64,000 bases of DNA from Pseudomonadota bacterium (GTDB lineage: Bacteria; Pseudomonadota; Gammaproteobacteria; Xanthomonadales; Xanthomonadaceae). Positions 20,101 to 28,638 of this stretch are shown here, piece by piece; positions within the stretch are counted from its first letter, which is position 1, and each line of letters begins with the position of its first letter. The translations under genes were made by a program, and so were the position numbers. The DNA is taken from positions 10,084 through 74,083 of the forward strand of contig JAZBLM010000002.1 in assembly GCA_037033225.1 (NCBI GenBank), read 5' to 3'. Under the pieces are notes generated by a model, which did no database searches, was not told the origin of the DNA, and was given only the letters and a program-made list of their open reading frames with translations.

Positions 20101-21778
20101 CCAGGTACGTGTACTCGATGCCGTCGGCACCGTTGGTCAGGGTGTAGTCGACCTGGAAAGCGCCCTTCTTGATCGTGGCCATGTTGACCACACCGGACAG
20201 CGGCTGCTCATCGGCAGCCCAACCCACGGACAGTCGCCCGCGGGGCCAGCTGATTTGCCCGAACCCGGCCAGCGCCAGCACATCCAGCACCTGCTGGTGG
20301 CTACGGACATCGATAATCCAGTTGTTGTAGGTGAAGCCGCTCGCGGCGCAGTGGAGGATGAAGGCCTTGAGGCCCTCGAGGTCGATCTGCCGTTCGGGCA
20401 GCCCCATGCCGGCAACCAGCACGCGCCCACCTGGCGCGGTGGGATCAGGCGCATAGATGCCACGGGCATAGGCGAGGATCCAAGCCCCCGGATTGCTGGT
20501 CCGCTGCGTCACCCACTCCGTTCCCGTCCAGACCGGGATCGGCATGGAATGGGCGACGCAGCGAATCTCATCGGGGGCTCCGTTGAGCTGGCCGTTGGCC
20601 TTCATCCGGATCCCGATTCGCGAAATCCCGGCATAGCTCGCCGTGTCCCGCTGAACGCTGGTCAGCGTGGTCCAGACAAAGGAGGCTTCAGCACCGGATC
20701 CGTCGGTGTTGTTGCCCGCCACGCGCACGCGCACGTCGTACTGTCCCTCGGGCACGTCGATCGCGTAGCTTGCGCGCTGGCTCTTATTGTTGGTGCCGCT
20801 GACATTGAAGCTGCCGAAGTTCTGCCACGCCACGGCGCCGGCCGCGCGGTACTGGATCTGGATCTGCTCCTGGTTGCGCTTGTCCTTGCCCTTGGTCGTG
20901 CGGTCCCAGATCTGAAACTCCACGCCTACCATCAGCCGGATACTGCCGGCGGAGCTGGTGCGCTGCACCCACGCGCTGGGCTGGTTCTTGGGATCGTTGC
21001 TGGTGTCCAACAGCGTGCCGCCGTCGGTCACATCCGCATTGCCGTAGAGCGGGATGTCCTGGCCTACCATACCCGGGAAGCCGTTGTGCCACACGCGGAC
21101 GCCTTCGAAGGACGACAGCAGCGCATCGCCGTTGTAGAGCTGTTCCACGCTGTCCACGTTCAGCCCGGGCGTCAGCACAAAGGACAGGAACTGATCGTCA
21201 CCCTCGTAGTGGGTGTAATAGTTGCTAATCAAGTCCGGCGCGATGCGCATCGACCCGATCAGCAAGCCCACCGGCTGGTCGTGGCGCGCACGATTGCGGC
21301 CGGCCGCGATCGAGTACGCCGACTGGCCGGGAGCACTCTGCTTCGGCTGCTTGGGCTGCAGCACGCGGTTGATGAGCACGGAGCCCGCCATGTAGATACC
21401 GGTCGCGGCAGCGGCGCCAAGCCCCTGCACCGCGGCGCCGGCGCCCCACGTCGCCAAGGTGCCGAAGCCGAAGGTGAAGTAGGTCAGCGCCAGGGTGGCC
21501 ACCAGCGCAACGGCGGAGCGGCCCACAGCCCCTCGGGCCTCGATCACTTGACCATGCTTGGGGTACACGAAGGGCCACATGCCGCGCGGCACTGCTTTCC
21601 CGCCGATCAGCACCACCCAGTCCTGGGCGTCCAGATCGATCACGTGCCGATGCAGGAACGTGCACAGGGCTTCGCCCGGCAGCAGGTCCGCGGGCTGATT
21701 GCGCTGGCCATCGACCAGCACCGGGTGCGGCGTCACGATCAGGCGGCCGCTGGTGGCCGGGCTATGCATCAGACCCAT
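14135..21778 (-). CDS. Tail tip/host-specificity protein J with multiple carbohydrate-binding-like modules (~2547 aa)
   Basis: Position after the NlpC gene; tail-tip style N-terminal region (GQYDVRVR, SNPGAWIL); repeated N..N..F..W modules with coiled-coil linkers. Confidence 0.9.
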   Translation of the reverse strand: MGLMHSPATSGRLIVTPHPVLVDGQRNQPADLLPGEALCTFLHRHVIDLDAQDWVVLIGGKAVPRGMWPFVYPKHGQVIEARGAVGRSAVALVATLALTYFTFGFGTLATWGAGAAVQGLGAAAATGIYMAGSVLINRVLQPKQPKQSAPGQSAYSIAAGRNRARHDQPVGLLIGSMRIAPDLISNYYTHYEGDDQFLSFVLTPGLNVDSVEQLYNGDALLSSFEGVRVWHNGFPGMVGQDIPLYGNADVTDGGTLLDTSNDPKNQPSAWVQRTSSAGSIRLMVGVEFQIWDRTTKGKDKRNQEQIQIQYRAAGAVAWQNFGSFNVSGTNNKSQRASYAIDVPEGQYDVRVRVAGNNTDGSGAEASFVWTTLTSVQRDTASYAGISRIGIRMKANGQLNGAPDEIRCVAHSMPIPVWTGTEWVTQRTSNPGAWILAYARGIYAPDPTAPGGRVLVAGMGLPERQIDLEGLKAFILHCAASGFTYNNWIIDVRSHQQVLDVLALAGFGQISWPRGRLSVGWAADEQPLSGVVNMATIKKGAFQVDYTLTNGADGIEYTYLDSATWQPKTLRVPAPGVTTMLNPAQVSGEGITSEAHAVMLARWHLAQSLYQYKAISYSTDIEHLSYSRMSMLALQHDMTQWGFGGRVKGASIAGGTATLQLDEPVPAPAQGNAFVGLRIPGERVYRVLRVQPFAGTSDILVLADGWPADAALPGNSEANPAWDTLWIYDFKQTPGLRVRVTSIRPESDLKGAAVEVVAESPQFWQYVKTGEYVRDPNESLLQTRPVASDLKITERQVVQGDTEYTELQATFAITGPVGDTIVLSDLDGNASLEEVARTVTRTATWRIPGAGTYPVTVRPYSPDGNAGVAASVIYTTLGADAPPVVVDLFDVEQLSGGVRRYTWGFLSDTIQSANFAGVEIRYIAGTHSAPAWDAMIPLGDDGYHASAFEAVLPPAGEWTFACRSRNTSGTLSTGMQLLAKTLQANLSEVIGGIEDSLEEQTQQLIEQQNQIDRDKADSIARDAAEAAERAAAFAQAQADLVGEATLRLADVQSVRDQVVGVAEAVADEEAARIQALLNARLDWKADIALETTARQSDVESLARQVSSVAAGSGTQFDSKQVWYFDSTAEGWTGNGAPTIVDGWLRPANQASNPHITSPAALAVDGAAYRFIKMRLQRVGTPTWRGLVQWITDADTTWNTAKSVTMPAPNFDAAGMATVDVDNLPWNGASPIRQIRLSLASNQTATAYLLFDYIAIGRPTPGASVALVQQETLARQTADATEATQRNTLAVQLRGDYAGNDAAAAQGMIGQVNSARIEGDRVIAERTSLIEGRLPAGSGQLASQASVAAAEQASVERDNANAQSINNVRSGLDGVLRSFNAIPNGTFDLDVASWAASGSGSSFSWDPTEKALRSGAGSLRVANLTPITVNPGDAITVTFRTKSSEDISGTDAVTVGLISSLSNPTGWVQSWNSWINTTGGAWALRSYTWTVPSTFNPQQLYLRFAAGSIRPLSSAYVLIDDVVVQTPGSIGDLQNRVAANAQSTAALTTEVSNVKGTLTAQGAALTQTQQDVAGKASNASLQSLSGRVDVHDGQITSQGAAMTAVQSQLGNIGGDNQLGNSGFENGTLGYNTSTSGAVAGSIVRTLVDSPLPNSTKAWRWAIANLPASGYSELVSNSQVRTLRVEPGKPVTISAYVRGTIGPRVFLQMAWRDAAGAAISYSGTTNVAPYRVTSEAYERKVFTTPPAPANAVTGNVYVRVYGTNTPDQWFEVDNVQVQIGEAATGYAPSVAEVADATAANAAASSALSTRLTSAEGQLVSQGTALTNVNARIDGVLLTGDNLLPNSNFAQGMSDWLFNSGGGTGNTGVWGATSGDGGPGYVITKAASQNPYLTSNNGLWMAVRANRRYRARVRAKALSGTGTLLLRLRRRHVDGSTYSSDVQKTFSTTVFESCGADFPVTAVENTDIQLQVFAYPSNTSVAIDRVELYDVTDQLSSEANAAATTSLTTRVTSAEGTLTSQGTAITNVTATANGAKATADATASGLSATNATVTQQGNTLTSQGTQINQVTASLGSKANASAVIELDAKVGRNLTGGGNLLTNASFSENGRKPWGFIWNDQGVWQEVQKNFLDPTYWPTGLNSMGFRASGTPNNNESRFGLVGNENTIGAQPGKRYIASAYLNAHRCGTVVWIAFYNHAGQIVGEVTSPEIGPYGLGGYPSLAEMPRQFVQMVAPPTTRTVRMGWRARAHSSFGSDPYLWAVRPMLEQVPDDQLTPSPWSAGGAEDHAGINMFTDVNGNVAGMQVKNNGTTGEINMLASVLNVISPGAADGMELTKGNLRVWAGNSQGIMGNGFGPDSLMLYFGPNVGIAGASKQLATIWFDRNGGAYFGGAIAAGIRRNAVQSTQTTTVGAGVTTGYFDTNGNNKAVVISLSRRVRRTKGASGSTGFVTGAGSNSATVYVYRQIAGQGETLWTSFTAGGGVEILNEIDGPDVATSVWNGSITLNDSIDGTAQRSYRAEIVAYSEQAVTHTSGTFEGQTITQSLSVVSIEQ

Positions 21779-22164
21779 TCGTAGATTCCTTCGATGCGCA
21801 GGCCAAAGCTCTGCAGTTCGCGCACGCGGTGCAGGACGCTGCACCCGTGGCGTTCGTTGCTGTGGAGTACCCAGCCCTCATGGGCCAGAAAGAAGAAAAC
21901 CCCGGCATGGCCGGGGTTTCGTTGTCCGTGGTCGAACATCAGGACCAGATCGCCGTCCTGCGGCGGTCCCTCCCGCAATCGCGCATAGGGGCGGGAGAGC
22001 GCCCCCAGCTCGACCTCCCCGCGCGGCCCGCGCGGCCGGCGGCTGGGCATCTCGACATGCCGGCCGAACAGTTCGCGCTGGACGCTGACCACCAGGTCCG
22101 CGCAATCGGCTGAATCAGGGTCGTAGGGGATGAGCGTGAACGGCTCGACATCTGCGGTCCGCAT
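21769..22164 (-). CDS. Tail assembly protein, NlpC/P60 family (gpK-like)
   Basis: DCADLV, GDLVLM, HAGV, VLH. Confidence 0.85.
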   Translation of the reverse strand: MRTADVEPFTLIPYDPDSADCADLVVSVQRELFGRHVEMPSRRPRGPRGEVELGALSRPYARLREGPPQDGDLVLMFDHGQRNPGHAGVFFFLAHEGWVLHSNERHGCSVLHRVRELQSFGLRIEGIYEWV

Positions 22165-22625
22165 CAGTAGATCCCTGGGGCGACGTGCGCGTTGAAGCGC
22201 AACCGCACAGCCTGCTGCCGAGTGAAGTAGTCCACCCCGCAGGCGGACGTGGCAGCCTGCGGAGTTACCGATACGGTCATCATCGGCAGGTAGTGGTCCT
22301 GCTCGATGACGTTGACATCTGCCCGGTCAGTGATCATCAGACGCGCCGTGACCAGCTCCCCCGGCGCCAAGCGCTCGAGGTCCTCGGTGATCGCCCGGCC
22401 GACGTTGCTGATTACCAGCTGCGCGCGCGGGGCCTGCCCGTTGACGTCATCAGGCAGCTTGAACCCGAACTGCGCGCCAACGAACGTCTGGCCCTGGCTG
22501 ACCCAATCCCGCTGGTCGTTGCAGATGCGCAACGTCTCAGCAAAGGAGGGGGCTGATACTTCAAGCAGGGCCAGGGTGCCCACCGGATCAGTGACGCGCT
22601 GGCGGCGCTCGGTGAACGTGCTCAT
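22164..22625 (-). CDS. Minor tail protein (DUF1833-like)
   Basis: MSTFTERRQR start overlapping the upstream stop; LRICND, FKLPDD, ISNVG. Confidence 0.8.
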   Translation of the reverse strand: MSTFTERRQRVTDPVGTLALLEVSAPSFAETLRICNDQRDWVSQGQTFVGAQFGFKLPDDVNGQAPRAQLVISNVGRAITEDLERLAPGELVTARLMITDRADVNVIEQDHYLPMMTVSVTPQAATSACGVDYFTRQQAVRLRFNAHVAPGIY

Positions 22626-22978
22626 CGCATGTACTCCACTGCTGTGTCCCGCCGGTAGTCGCCAAGGGCGTGCTGGTCCGGCACCAGCACGCCGATATCG
22701 CCCTTGATGAAGCGGACGGTGATGGTGGTGCCGCGGTACGGGTGCCGCATGGTGAACCAGCCGATCCGACCGATCACATCGAAGTACCAGGCCTCGAACT
22801 CGTCGGCGGCCGCAAGGGTCTCGAAGTACAGCGAGAGCGCCTGTGTCATGGCGACCCTGCTGTTGAGGACCCTTTCCTTGGCCGGGCCGCGCTCCATCTC
22901 GTCCCGCTGGACAGAAGGGTCGAAGCCGTTCTGAAGATTGCTGAACATCACCAAGGCCGTGCTGGGCAGCTGTGCCAT
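22622..22978 (-). CDS. Distal/minor tail protein
   Basis: RDEMERGPAKER, FEAWY, GWFTM; directly follows tape measure. Confidence 0.8.
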   Translation of the reverse strand: MAQLPSTALVMFSNLQNGFDPSVQRDEMERGPAKERVLNSRVAMTQALSLYFETLAAADEFEAWYFDVIGRIGWFTMRHPYRGTTITVRFIKGDIGVLVPDQHALGDYRRDTAVEYMR

Positions 22979-25674
22979 CAGATCGTGTCCTCCAGTCCAA
23001 ACCGGCCTTGCATGGCCCTGTAGGTTGAGCCAGTGCCACTGGCGATGCGCCCGCCGAGCGCATCATCGAGCTGACCGAGCAGCACCTCGACATCGACACC
23101 GGCGGGACCTCGCGTGGCGGTCGCCGTCGTGCCGGCCGGTGCGTTCTTGACAATGACGTTGAGTGCGCCAAGTCCAGCCACGGAAGGACTGCCGCCGCCC
23201 ACCGCACCGCCGGACGCGTAGCCCAGCAGCCCACGGCGCATCGCTTCAACGATCCCAACGCCGCCGGCACGGGCGACATCGGCCTGCGACCAGACCACCT
23301 CACCTTTGTGCACGATGCCTGCGGGTTCATGGATGCCGCCTGGCCCCGTGTAGCCCCCCGTATCGAAGCTGATCTTCTCGCGCACCACAGGGCCGATGGT
23401 GCTGCCCAGCGCGGCATTGAAGATGCCCATCGCCGCCTGGCGGAAGGCAATACGGGACAGGTCAGCAATCACTGAGCGCGTGAGGTCGGAGAAGCTGAGC
23501 TTGCCGCCGGTCGTGAACTTCGTCCAGGCATCTTCCATGCCGCTGAACACGTTAGCGGCGGTCATGCCCAGCTGCTCGGCCGCGTTGGTCGCCTGCTGCT
23601 GGTAATCCGCCCATGCAGCGCGCGCACCGTTGAGCCAGCTGCCCTCGGCGACCGCCAGCTGGGCGTAGCCCTCTCGCACAATCTGCAGACGATCGGTGGT
23701 CTTTGCGAGCAGTACCGCACGCTCAGCTTCGAACGTCTCTTGATCGATCTGGGATGCGTTCAGCTGCAGCTGAAGCTCGCGCAGCTTGTCCGCCTGATCG
23801 GCGTAGGCATCGTTGATGCGCTGCTGAATCTCATACTCGCGCTGCCCTGCCCCGACACGTCCGGCCACAGCCCGCATCTGGCGCTCCAGCGCCTGATTGC
23901 TCACCTCGAGAGCATTGGCGTATGCGGCGATGACGTTCGTGCGCGTGCGCGCGGTCGCCGTCTCCTCGGTCGCCAGCACCTGAAGCTTGCTCGCACCCTC
24001 AGTGCGAACCTTGACCAGGCGTGCCTCGAGATCGCCCAACTGGCGGCTGACGTTGATGCCATCCTTGCCAGCAACGGTCTGCTGCTTCAGGAATGCGATC
24101 TGCCCCTCGAGCGAGTGTGCCTCGGCGTCGGTGCTGGCCTGCGCCAGATCACGCATGCGTCGGTAGTACTCGGTCGCCGTGATCTCACGGGCGGAGAACT
24201 GTGCGCGCAACAACTGGGTGCCGGCCGTGATCGTCGCCTGCTCCTGCAGAAGGTCGTCGCGGTAGCCCTGCAGCCCTGCAGCGCGCGACGCACTGGCTGT
24301 GCTGCCGCCCTTTGGCTTCTTCTCTTCGTATTTCTTCTCGATCGCGGCCAGGGCCTGCGCTTTCTTGTCCTCGAGTGTGGCCACCTCCTTCAGGAGGTTG
24401 GCTGCCTGAGCGCGCCGAATGGCATGGTCGGCCTGGCCGGAGACCTGGGCAATTTCCCGGCGCTTCTTCTCTTCCTTGCTGGCCTCTGCGTCGATGATGG
24501 CGTCCATGGCGCTGACGTAGTCGGCTGATACGGCCTGTGCCGCCTTCACTTCAGCGTCCTTGCGCTCCTTCGCCACGTCAGCGGCGATGGCCTTGATCTT
24601 GGCCGACCGTTCCTTGATGTCATTCTCGAGCTGGGAAATGTAACTCCTGCTTGCGCCTGGCAGCGCAATGAGCTGATTGAGCCGTGCCAGATCAGTCTGA
24701 TTGCGGGCCAACATCTCCTGCATCTGGGCACCAGCTGCACCAAAGCCAGCCTTTGCCTGCATCGCCCCCCACGCCTTGGTGGCCTCGGCGAACAAATCCT
24801 TGAACCCGCGGATGACAGGGTTCTGGCTGGCACGAACCTTCGCCAGCGCCATGACGGTTTCGTCAGAGGCGGCCCTGGTGATCAGGGTTGCGGCATCCTG
24901 ATTCCGCCCTTGCTCCTGCAACGCCTTGATCTGCTCGTAGAGCGCGACGGTCATGAAGTTGACCTGCTCATTAAGCTTCTGGGCGTTCTTGACCGGGGCG
25001 TCGGCCAGCTTTCCGTAGTTGGCCACGGTCTCGTCGACGGCTTGGCCGGTCAGCTCCTTCATCGCAATGGCTGCGTTGGCCACCGCCTGCATGTTCTGCG
25101 CAGCGACCTGTCCGTTGGCGCCAATCGCCTGAGCCACTTCGGCACCTGCGCCGGCAGTGACCTGCATCGCGTCAGTGGTCCGCTTGGCCACGTTGATCAA
25201 GCTGAGCGTGGTTGCCTCGCCCTCGTTACGGGACAGCACCAGCGCCCGCACGTAGGCTTCCTGCTGCTTCTCGGCGTCGTACCAGGCGTACATCAGCACG
25301 CCAACGGCGGCGGCCGCCGCGGTAACGGGGGTGACCATCCCCAGCATCGCCGAGGACACGCCCTTCAGCGCCGGCTCAACCCCGCCGAAGCTGTCCTTGA
25401 TCTGGCCGCCCTGCTGCACCAGCACCGTGAACCACGGCATACCACCCTGCAGGCTGGTGAAGATGTCGGTGAACTGTGCAGGCAGCTGCCGCAGCGCCTG
25501 CTGGGTCTGACCGGCGCTGACGCCAAGCTCGGCGATGCCGTTGTTCTTCGGCAGTGGCCGCGCCGCTTCGCTTTGCGTCTGCCGCAGCTCCCGGCGCAGC
25601 ACCGCCATGCCTTGCTTGATGTCGTTGATGTCCGCGCTGAGGCGCACACGCAGATTGGCAGTGGGCTCAGCCAT
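22978..25674 (-). CDS. Tail tape measure protein (lambda-type)
   Basis: RQLPAQFTDIFTSLQGG..VLVQQGGQIKDSFGG; Ala-rich helical; C-terminal GGYTG.GG..EPAGIVHKGEVV. Confidence 0.93.
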   Translation of the reverse strand: MAEPTANLRVRLSADINDIKQGMAVLRRELRQTQSEAARPLPKNNGIAELGVSAGQTQQALRQLPAQFTDIFTSLQGGMPWFTVLVQQGGQIKDSFGGVEPALKGVSSAMLGMVTPVTAAAAAVGVLMYAWYDAEKQQEAYVRALVLSRNEGEATTLSLINVAKRTTDAMQVTAGAGAEVAQAIGANGQVAAQNMQAVANAAIAMKELTGQAVDETVANYGKLADAPVKNAQKLNEQVNFMTVALYEQIKALQEQGRNQDAATLITRAASDETVMALAKVRASQNPVIRGFKDLFAEATKAWGAMQAKAGFGAAGAQMQEMLARNQTDLARLNQLIALPGASRSYISQLENDIKERSAKIKAIAADVAKERKDAEVKAAQAVSADYVSAMDAIIDAEASKEEKKRREIAQVSGQADHAIRRAQAANLLKEVATLEDKKAQALAAIEKKYEEKKPKGGSTASASRAAGLQGYRDDLLQEQATITAGTQLLRAQFSAREITATEYYRRMRDLAQASTDAEAHSLEGQIAFLKQQTVAGKDGINVSRQLGDLEARLVKVRTEGASKLQVLATEETATARTRTNVIAAYANALEVSNQALERQMRAVAGRVGAGQREYEIQQRINDAYADQADKLRELQLQLNASQIDQETFEAERAVLLAKTTDRLQIVREGYAQLAVAEGSWLNGARAAWADYQQQATNAAEQLGMTAANVFSGMEDAWTKFTTGGKLSFSDLTRSVIADLSRIAFRQAAMGIFNAALGSTIGPVVREKISFDTGGYTGPGGIHEPAGIVHKGEVVWSQADVARAGGVGIVEAMRRGLLGYASGGAVGGGSPSVAGLGALNVIVKNAPAGTTATATRGPAGVDVEVLLGQLDDALGGRIASGTGSTYRAMQGRFGLEDTI

Positions 25675-25942
25675 GCAAGTTCTCCTTCAGGTACTGCGCC
25701 CACGCGGCTTGGTCAGGCGTCATCGCAAGGCGCATGGCGACGGCCATGCCGGCACGCTGCTGCCGCTCGGCGCGGGCAGCAGCGGCGACAAAGGCCCGTA
25801 GCTGGGCCAAGGTGTAGGTCAGGATGTCGCGCCGCTGGTGTCCGCAGGCGATGAGCTGATGGATGAGGTCTCCCCATCCGGATTCGGATTCTTCGGCCTC
25901 ACCACCCTTGCCACCAGGTGCGGAAGCCGGCGGGCGAAAAAA
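25667..25942 (-). CDS. gpT portion of tail chaperone gpGT, reached by -1 frameshift
   Basis: T TTT TTC at 25942..25936; open -1 frame ...GWGDLIHQLIACGH..DILTYTLAQL... ending at TGA 25667 over the tape-measure start. Confidence 0.8.
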   Translation of the reverse strand, partial: FFRPPASAPGGKGGEAEESESGWGDLIHQLIACGHQRRDILTYTLAQLRAFVAAAARAERQQRAGMAVAMRLAMTPDQAAWAQYLKENLHG

Positions 25943-26274
25943 TCCCGGTTCAATTGGACCACCGCCTCCACCAGGCTGGCCACCTCATCCACGGTGCCCT
26001 TGGCGATCCAGTCAGCCGGCCGATCGGTGACGATGGAAAGGGCCGAGGCGAATGCTGGAGCATCCTGTTCCATTAGGTCCAACACCACGGCACCGCTTTC
26101 CATCTGGGCGCCCTCGCCCAGCAGCCCCGCCGCCATCACCACGCGTCCGATTATCGAACGCGATGCCGTGATGAAGGGGGACAGCTGCTCCAGCCGCAGC
26201 GGCCCCACTACCAGGACCTCGCCACGGAACGACACCTGCACCGTCGGCGGCGTCACCACTTCGAAGCCATCCAT
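25819..26274 (-). CDS. Tail assembly chaperone gpG
   Basis: Between tail tube and tape measure; NRDFF slippery motif. Confidence 0.85.
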   Translation of the reverse strand: MDGFEVVTPPTVQVSFRGEVLVVGPLRLEQLSPFITASRSIIGRVVMAAGLLGEGAQMESGAVVLDLMEQDAPAFASALSIVTDRPADWIAKGTVDEVASLVEAVVQLNRDFFARRLPHLVARVVRPKNPNPDGETSSISSSPADTSGATS

Positions 26275-26277
26275 GCC

Positions 26278-27030
26278 TTACTCCTCCTGCTCCCAGTAGA
26301 AGTAGGGCGAAATGTCCGGACCGGTAGCCTTGGCCGAGTCCTTGACCAGCGCACCGGCGACGGTGCCGGCGGCGAACTGATCGCCGAGCAGCCCCATTTC
26401 GTTGAGCATGCCGCCCTTCACCTTGTGAGCGATCGCAAGGACCAGCTTGCCGCCCTGGGCTTCGTTGATGCCAACGAAGTGGACCTCATAGAACTTCTGG
26501 GACGTGACGCCAACTTCCACACGGCCGATGGCACCGTGCTTGTAGGTGACCTTGATGTTGGGCACCCCGTTCACCGCCGCGGGGATCGTCGAGCCGGCCG
26601 GGATGAACAGCATGCCGCGCTCCAGGCGGTAATCCTTGCCGGCTTCGTAGGTAGTGGAACCGGCAGTGTTCTTGACGCTGGTGACCTCGGCGGCAATCCG
26701 GGCCAGCGGTACGAACGCACCGACCGCGGCAGCTGCCGGTTCGTCCGCGAGGGTGGCGGCGGCCACTGCCGTGGCCTTGCCGCGCAGCGAGCGCGCGAAG
26801 TTGGAGGGCTTGAAGTCGTGGAAGGTGTAGGACAGGTTGTACCCGGTAACGCGGTCGACGCTGTTGGCCGGCCCGCCGCCCGGGTTCTGCCCATCAGCCA
26901 GCTCGATGGTGTTGGTCTGCGGCGAAAAGCTGTACGCCGACACGTTGCCGATCTCTTCCAGCGGCTGGCCGCTGTTCCATTCGCGGATCAGGATGATGCC
27001 GCTACCCAGGTAGCTGTAATCTTTGGCCAT
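26278..27030 (-). CDS. Major tail tube protein
   Basis: YSYLGSG, IGNVS; position and high-expression codon bias. Confidence 0.8.
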   Translation of the reverse strand: MAKDYSYLGSGIILIREWNSGQPLEEIGNVSAYSFSPQTNTIELADGQNPGGGPANSVDRVTGYNLSYTFHDFKPSNFARSLRGKATAVAAATLADEPAAAAVGAFVPLARIAAEVTSVKNTAGSTTYEAGKDYRLERGMLFIPAGSTIPAAVNGVPNIKVTYKHGAIGRVEVGVTSQKFYEVHFVGINEAQGGKLVLAIAHKVKGGMLNEMGLLGDQFAAGTVAGALVKDSAKATGPDISPYFYWEQEE

Positions 27031-27063
27031 GGTTTTTCTCCGGTGAAGCCGCTGAGCGGCTGG

Positions 27064-27504
27064 TTACTTGGGGATGTGGGACTGATAGGTCACAGAGACG
27101 CCCACCCAGCCGGCGGCTGCCGACTCCGGCATCAGCGGTTCCATACCGAGATAGACGGGGTACGTGAAGCCAGGCGGGAACCTGCGTTGTTTCTGGGACA
27201 TCGCCATCTCGATGTCGGTTACCAGATCGTCCAGACGCTCCTGCAGGTGATCGGTGTCCGCTGGCAGCTTTGCGATGAGAGCTACGGTGGTAAGGCGGTG
27301 GGTCTGCACCTGAGCGGCGTCAGCGGCGCGCTGCTGCTTTTCAATCAGCGCGGTGAAAACGCCCGTGCTGGTCGCGTCACCAGGACGTGGCTCCAGCGTC
27401 CAGTCCGCTCCCACGTTGGTCCTGTAGCCGTTGTCGGTCGAGATGACCGACAGACACTCGGCAAAAGCGTTCAGCAAGAGACGACGCGGGCTCGGGCTAT
27501 ACAT
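27064..27504 (-). CDS. Tail terminator-like protein
   Basis: IS.DNGYRTNVG motif; synteny. Confidence 0.7.
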   Translation of the reverse strand: MYSPSPRRLLLNAFAECLSVISTDNGYRTNVGADWTLEPRPGDATSTGVFTALIEKQQRAADAAQVQTHRLTTVALIAKLPADTDHLQERLDDLVTDIEMAMSQKQRRFPPGFTYPVYLGMEPLMPESAAAGWVGVSVTYQSHIPK

Positions 27505-27829
27505 TGGATACCTCCCAGATCTGCGACGACTCATCGCCGCGGATCTTCTGCTCGAGCTTCAGCCGTCGGCCTGTTGCGTCGATCTGCACGATGCCACCGC
27601 CTCGCGGCGAGACTTCGGCCAGCTGCAGGGTCACGCGGTTATATGGCGTGCTGACGGCTACGCCGTCATCGTCGAAGTCCTGCACCCCCTCGTCGTGGAG
27701 GGCGGTGCACGGCACCGGCACCGGAGCGGTCACGCTATGCTGATAGGTCGCGCCGTCGGCGATGCCTGCGCCTCGGAAGGCGGCGAACATCACGGCGTCG
27801 ATTCCTTGGAGAAACGCGCTCTGGTTCAT
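27497..27829 (-). CDS. Head-tail joining protein
   Basis: ATGA-overlapping start MNQSAF; synteny. Confidence 0.65.
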   Translation of the reverse strand: MNQSAFLQGIDAVMFAAFRGAGIADGATYQHSVTAPVPVPCTALHDEGVQDFDDDGVAVSTPYNRVTLQLAEVSPRGGGIVQIDATGRRLKLEQKIRGDESSQIWEVSNV

Positions 27830-28590
27830 TCTCTGGGCCTGGCTGTTTGCATGGCCTTTTCCAGCTCGCGCTTCAGGAAGAACGGCATCAGCCGCTTCCA
27901 GGTGTCGTCGGCCATGCCGAAGATGTCGTAGCGCGGCCGGTATTTGGCGGTGCCGGTAAAGATGAAAATCAAGCGCACGGCCGAGCCCCACGGGGTGGCG
28001 ATGCGCTCATAGATGCCTGGCCGCAGAGCGCCCCGACGCTTGGGCAGCACGAAGTACTCGCCGCCGCGCTTCTTCTTGGACCGCCGCCGGCGCTTGGTGC
28101 TGACGTCGGTCTGGTCTTGGTACTGGTCGCGTGACGCGCCCAGTTGCGACAGGATCCTGGTGATCTGGCCTGCTGGAAGGTTCCCGTAGGCGTTGGCGTT
28201 CGCGCCCCTGCCCAGGACTGCGAACTGGCTGGGCGAAAGGAGGCCGCGCTGCTGCAGCAACCGCTCGAACCCCTTCTTTCGACGCTCCCCGCCCTCTACC
28301 TCGGCAAGCAGGTACTTGGCTGGCGGCGTGCCCTTGAACGCCTCATCACGGATGAAGATTTCCGCGTAGGGCTGCTCCTTCGTGGCCTTGCGGTACATGG
28401 CCGCGTTGATCGTGAGCGGCGTGGGCCTGTCGAAGACGCGCGGGGCCGTGCGCTTCCACCGCTCGCGGATCTCGAACGCCACTGCATTGGATGCCTGACG
28501 CGAAGCGAAAGGGATCTGCTGCGTTTCCAGCTCGGTGAGCTGTCGATCGAACAGGCCGTCCGGGTCGACGCCGATTTTGATCTGGGCCAT
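27826..28590 (-). CDS. Neck/tail-completion protein
   Basis: QIPFA, VFDRPTP.T, GG.R..KGFE; basic. Confidence 0.7.
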   Translation of the reverse strand: MAQIKIGVDPDGLFDRQLTELETQQIPFASRQASNAVAFEIRERWKRTAPRVFDRPTPLTINAAMYRKATKEQPYAEIFIRDEAFKGTPPAKYLLAEVEGGERRKKGFERLLQQRGLLSPSQFAVLGRGANANAYGNLPAGQITRILSQLGASRDQYQDQTDVSTKRRRRSKKKRGGEYFVLPKRRGALRPGIYERIATPWGSAVRLIFIFTGTAKYRPRYDIFGMADDTWKRLMPFFLKRELEKAMQTARPRE

Positions 28591-28638
28591 GGTGCTCTCC
28601 CTTACCCGGCCCGCTGATGCGGGCCGGGTGCCGGCGGA

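Noticed and set aside
17291-21784. 1497-aa plus-strand ORF (also 13817..15775)
   Set aside because: In-register antisense shadow of the tail tip gene; no SD, no start/stop overlap with same-strand neighbours, shadow-type composition
22626-23468. N-terminal extension of the 434-aa ORF 22164..23468
   Set aside because: Overlaps two real tail genes; the SD-supported start is 22625. Similar over-extended starts were trimmed for portal, protease, capsid, DHH and yjbG/H
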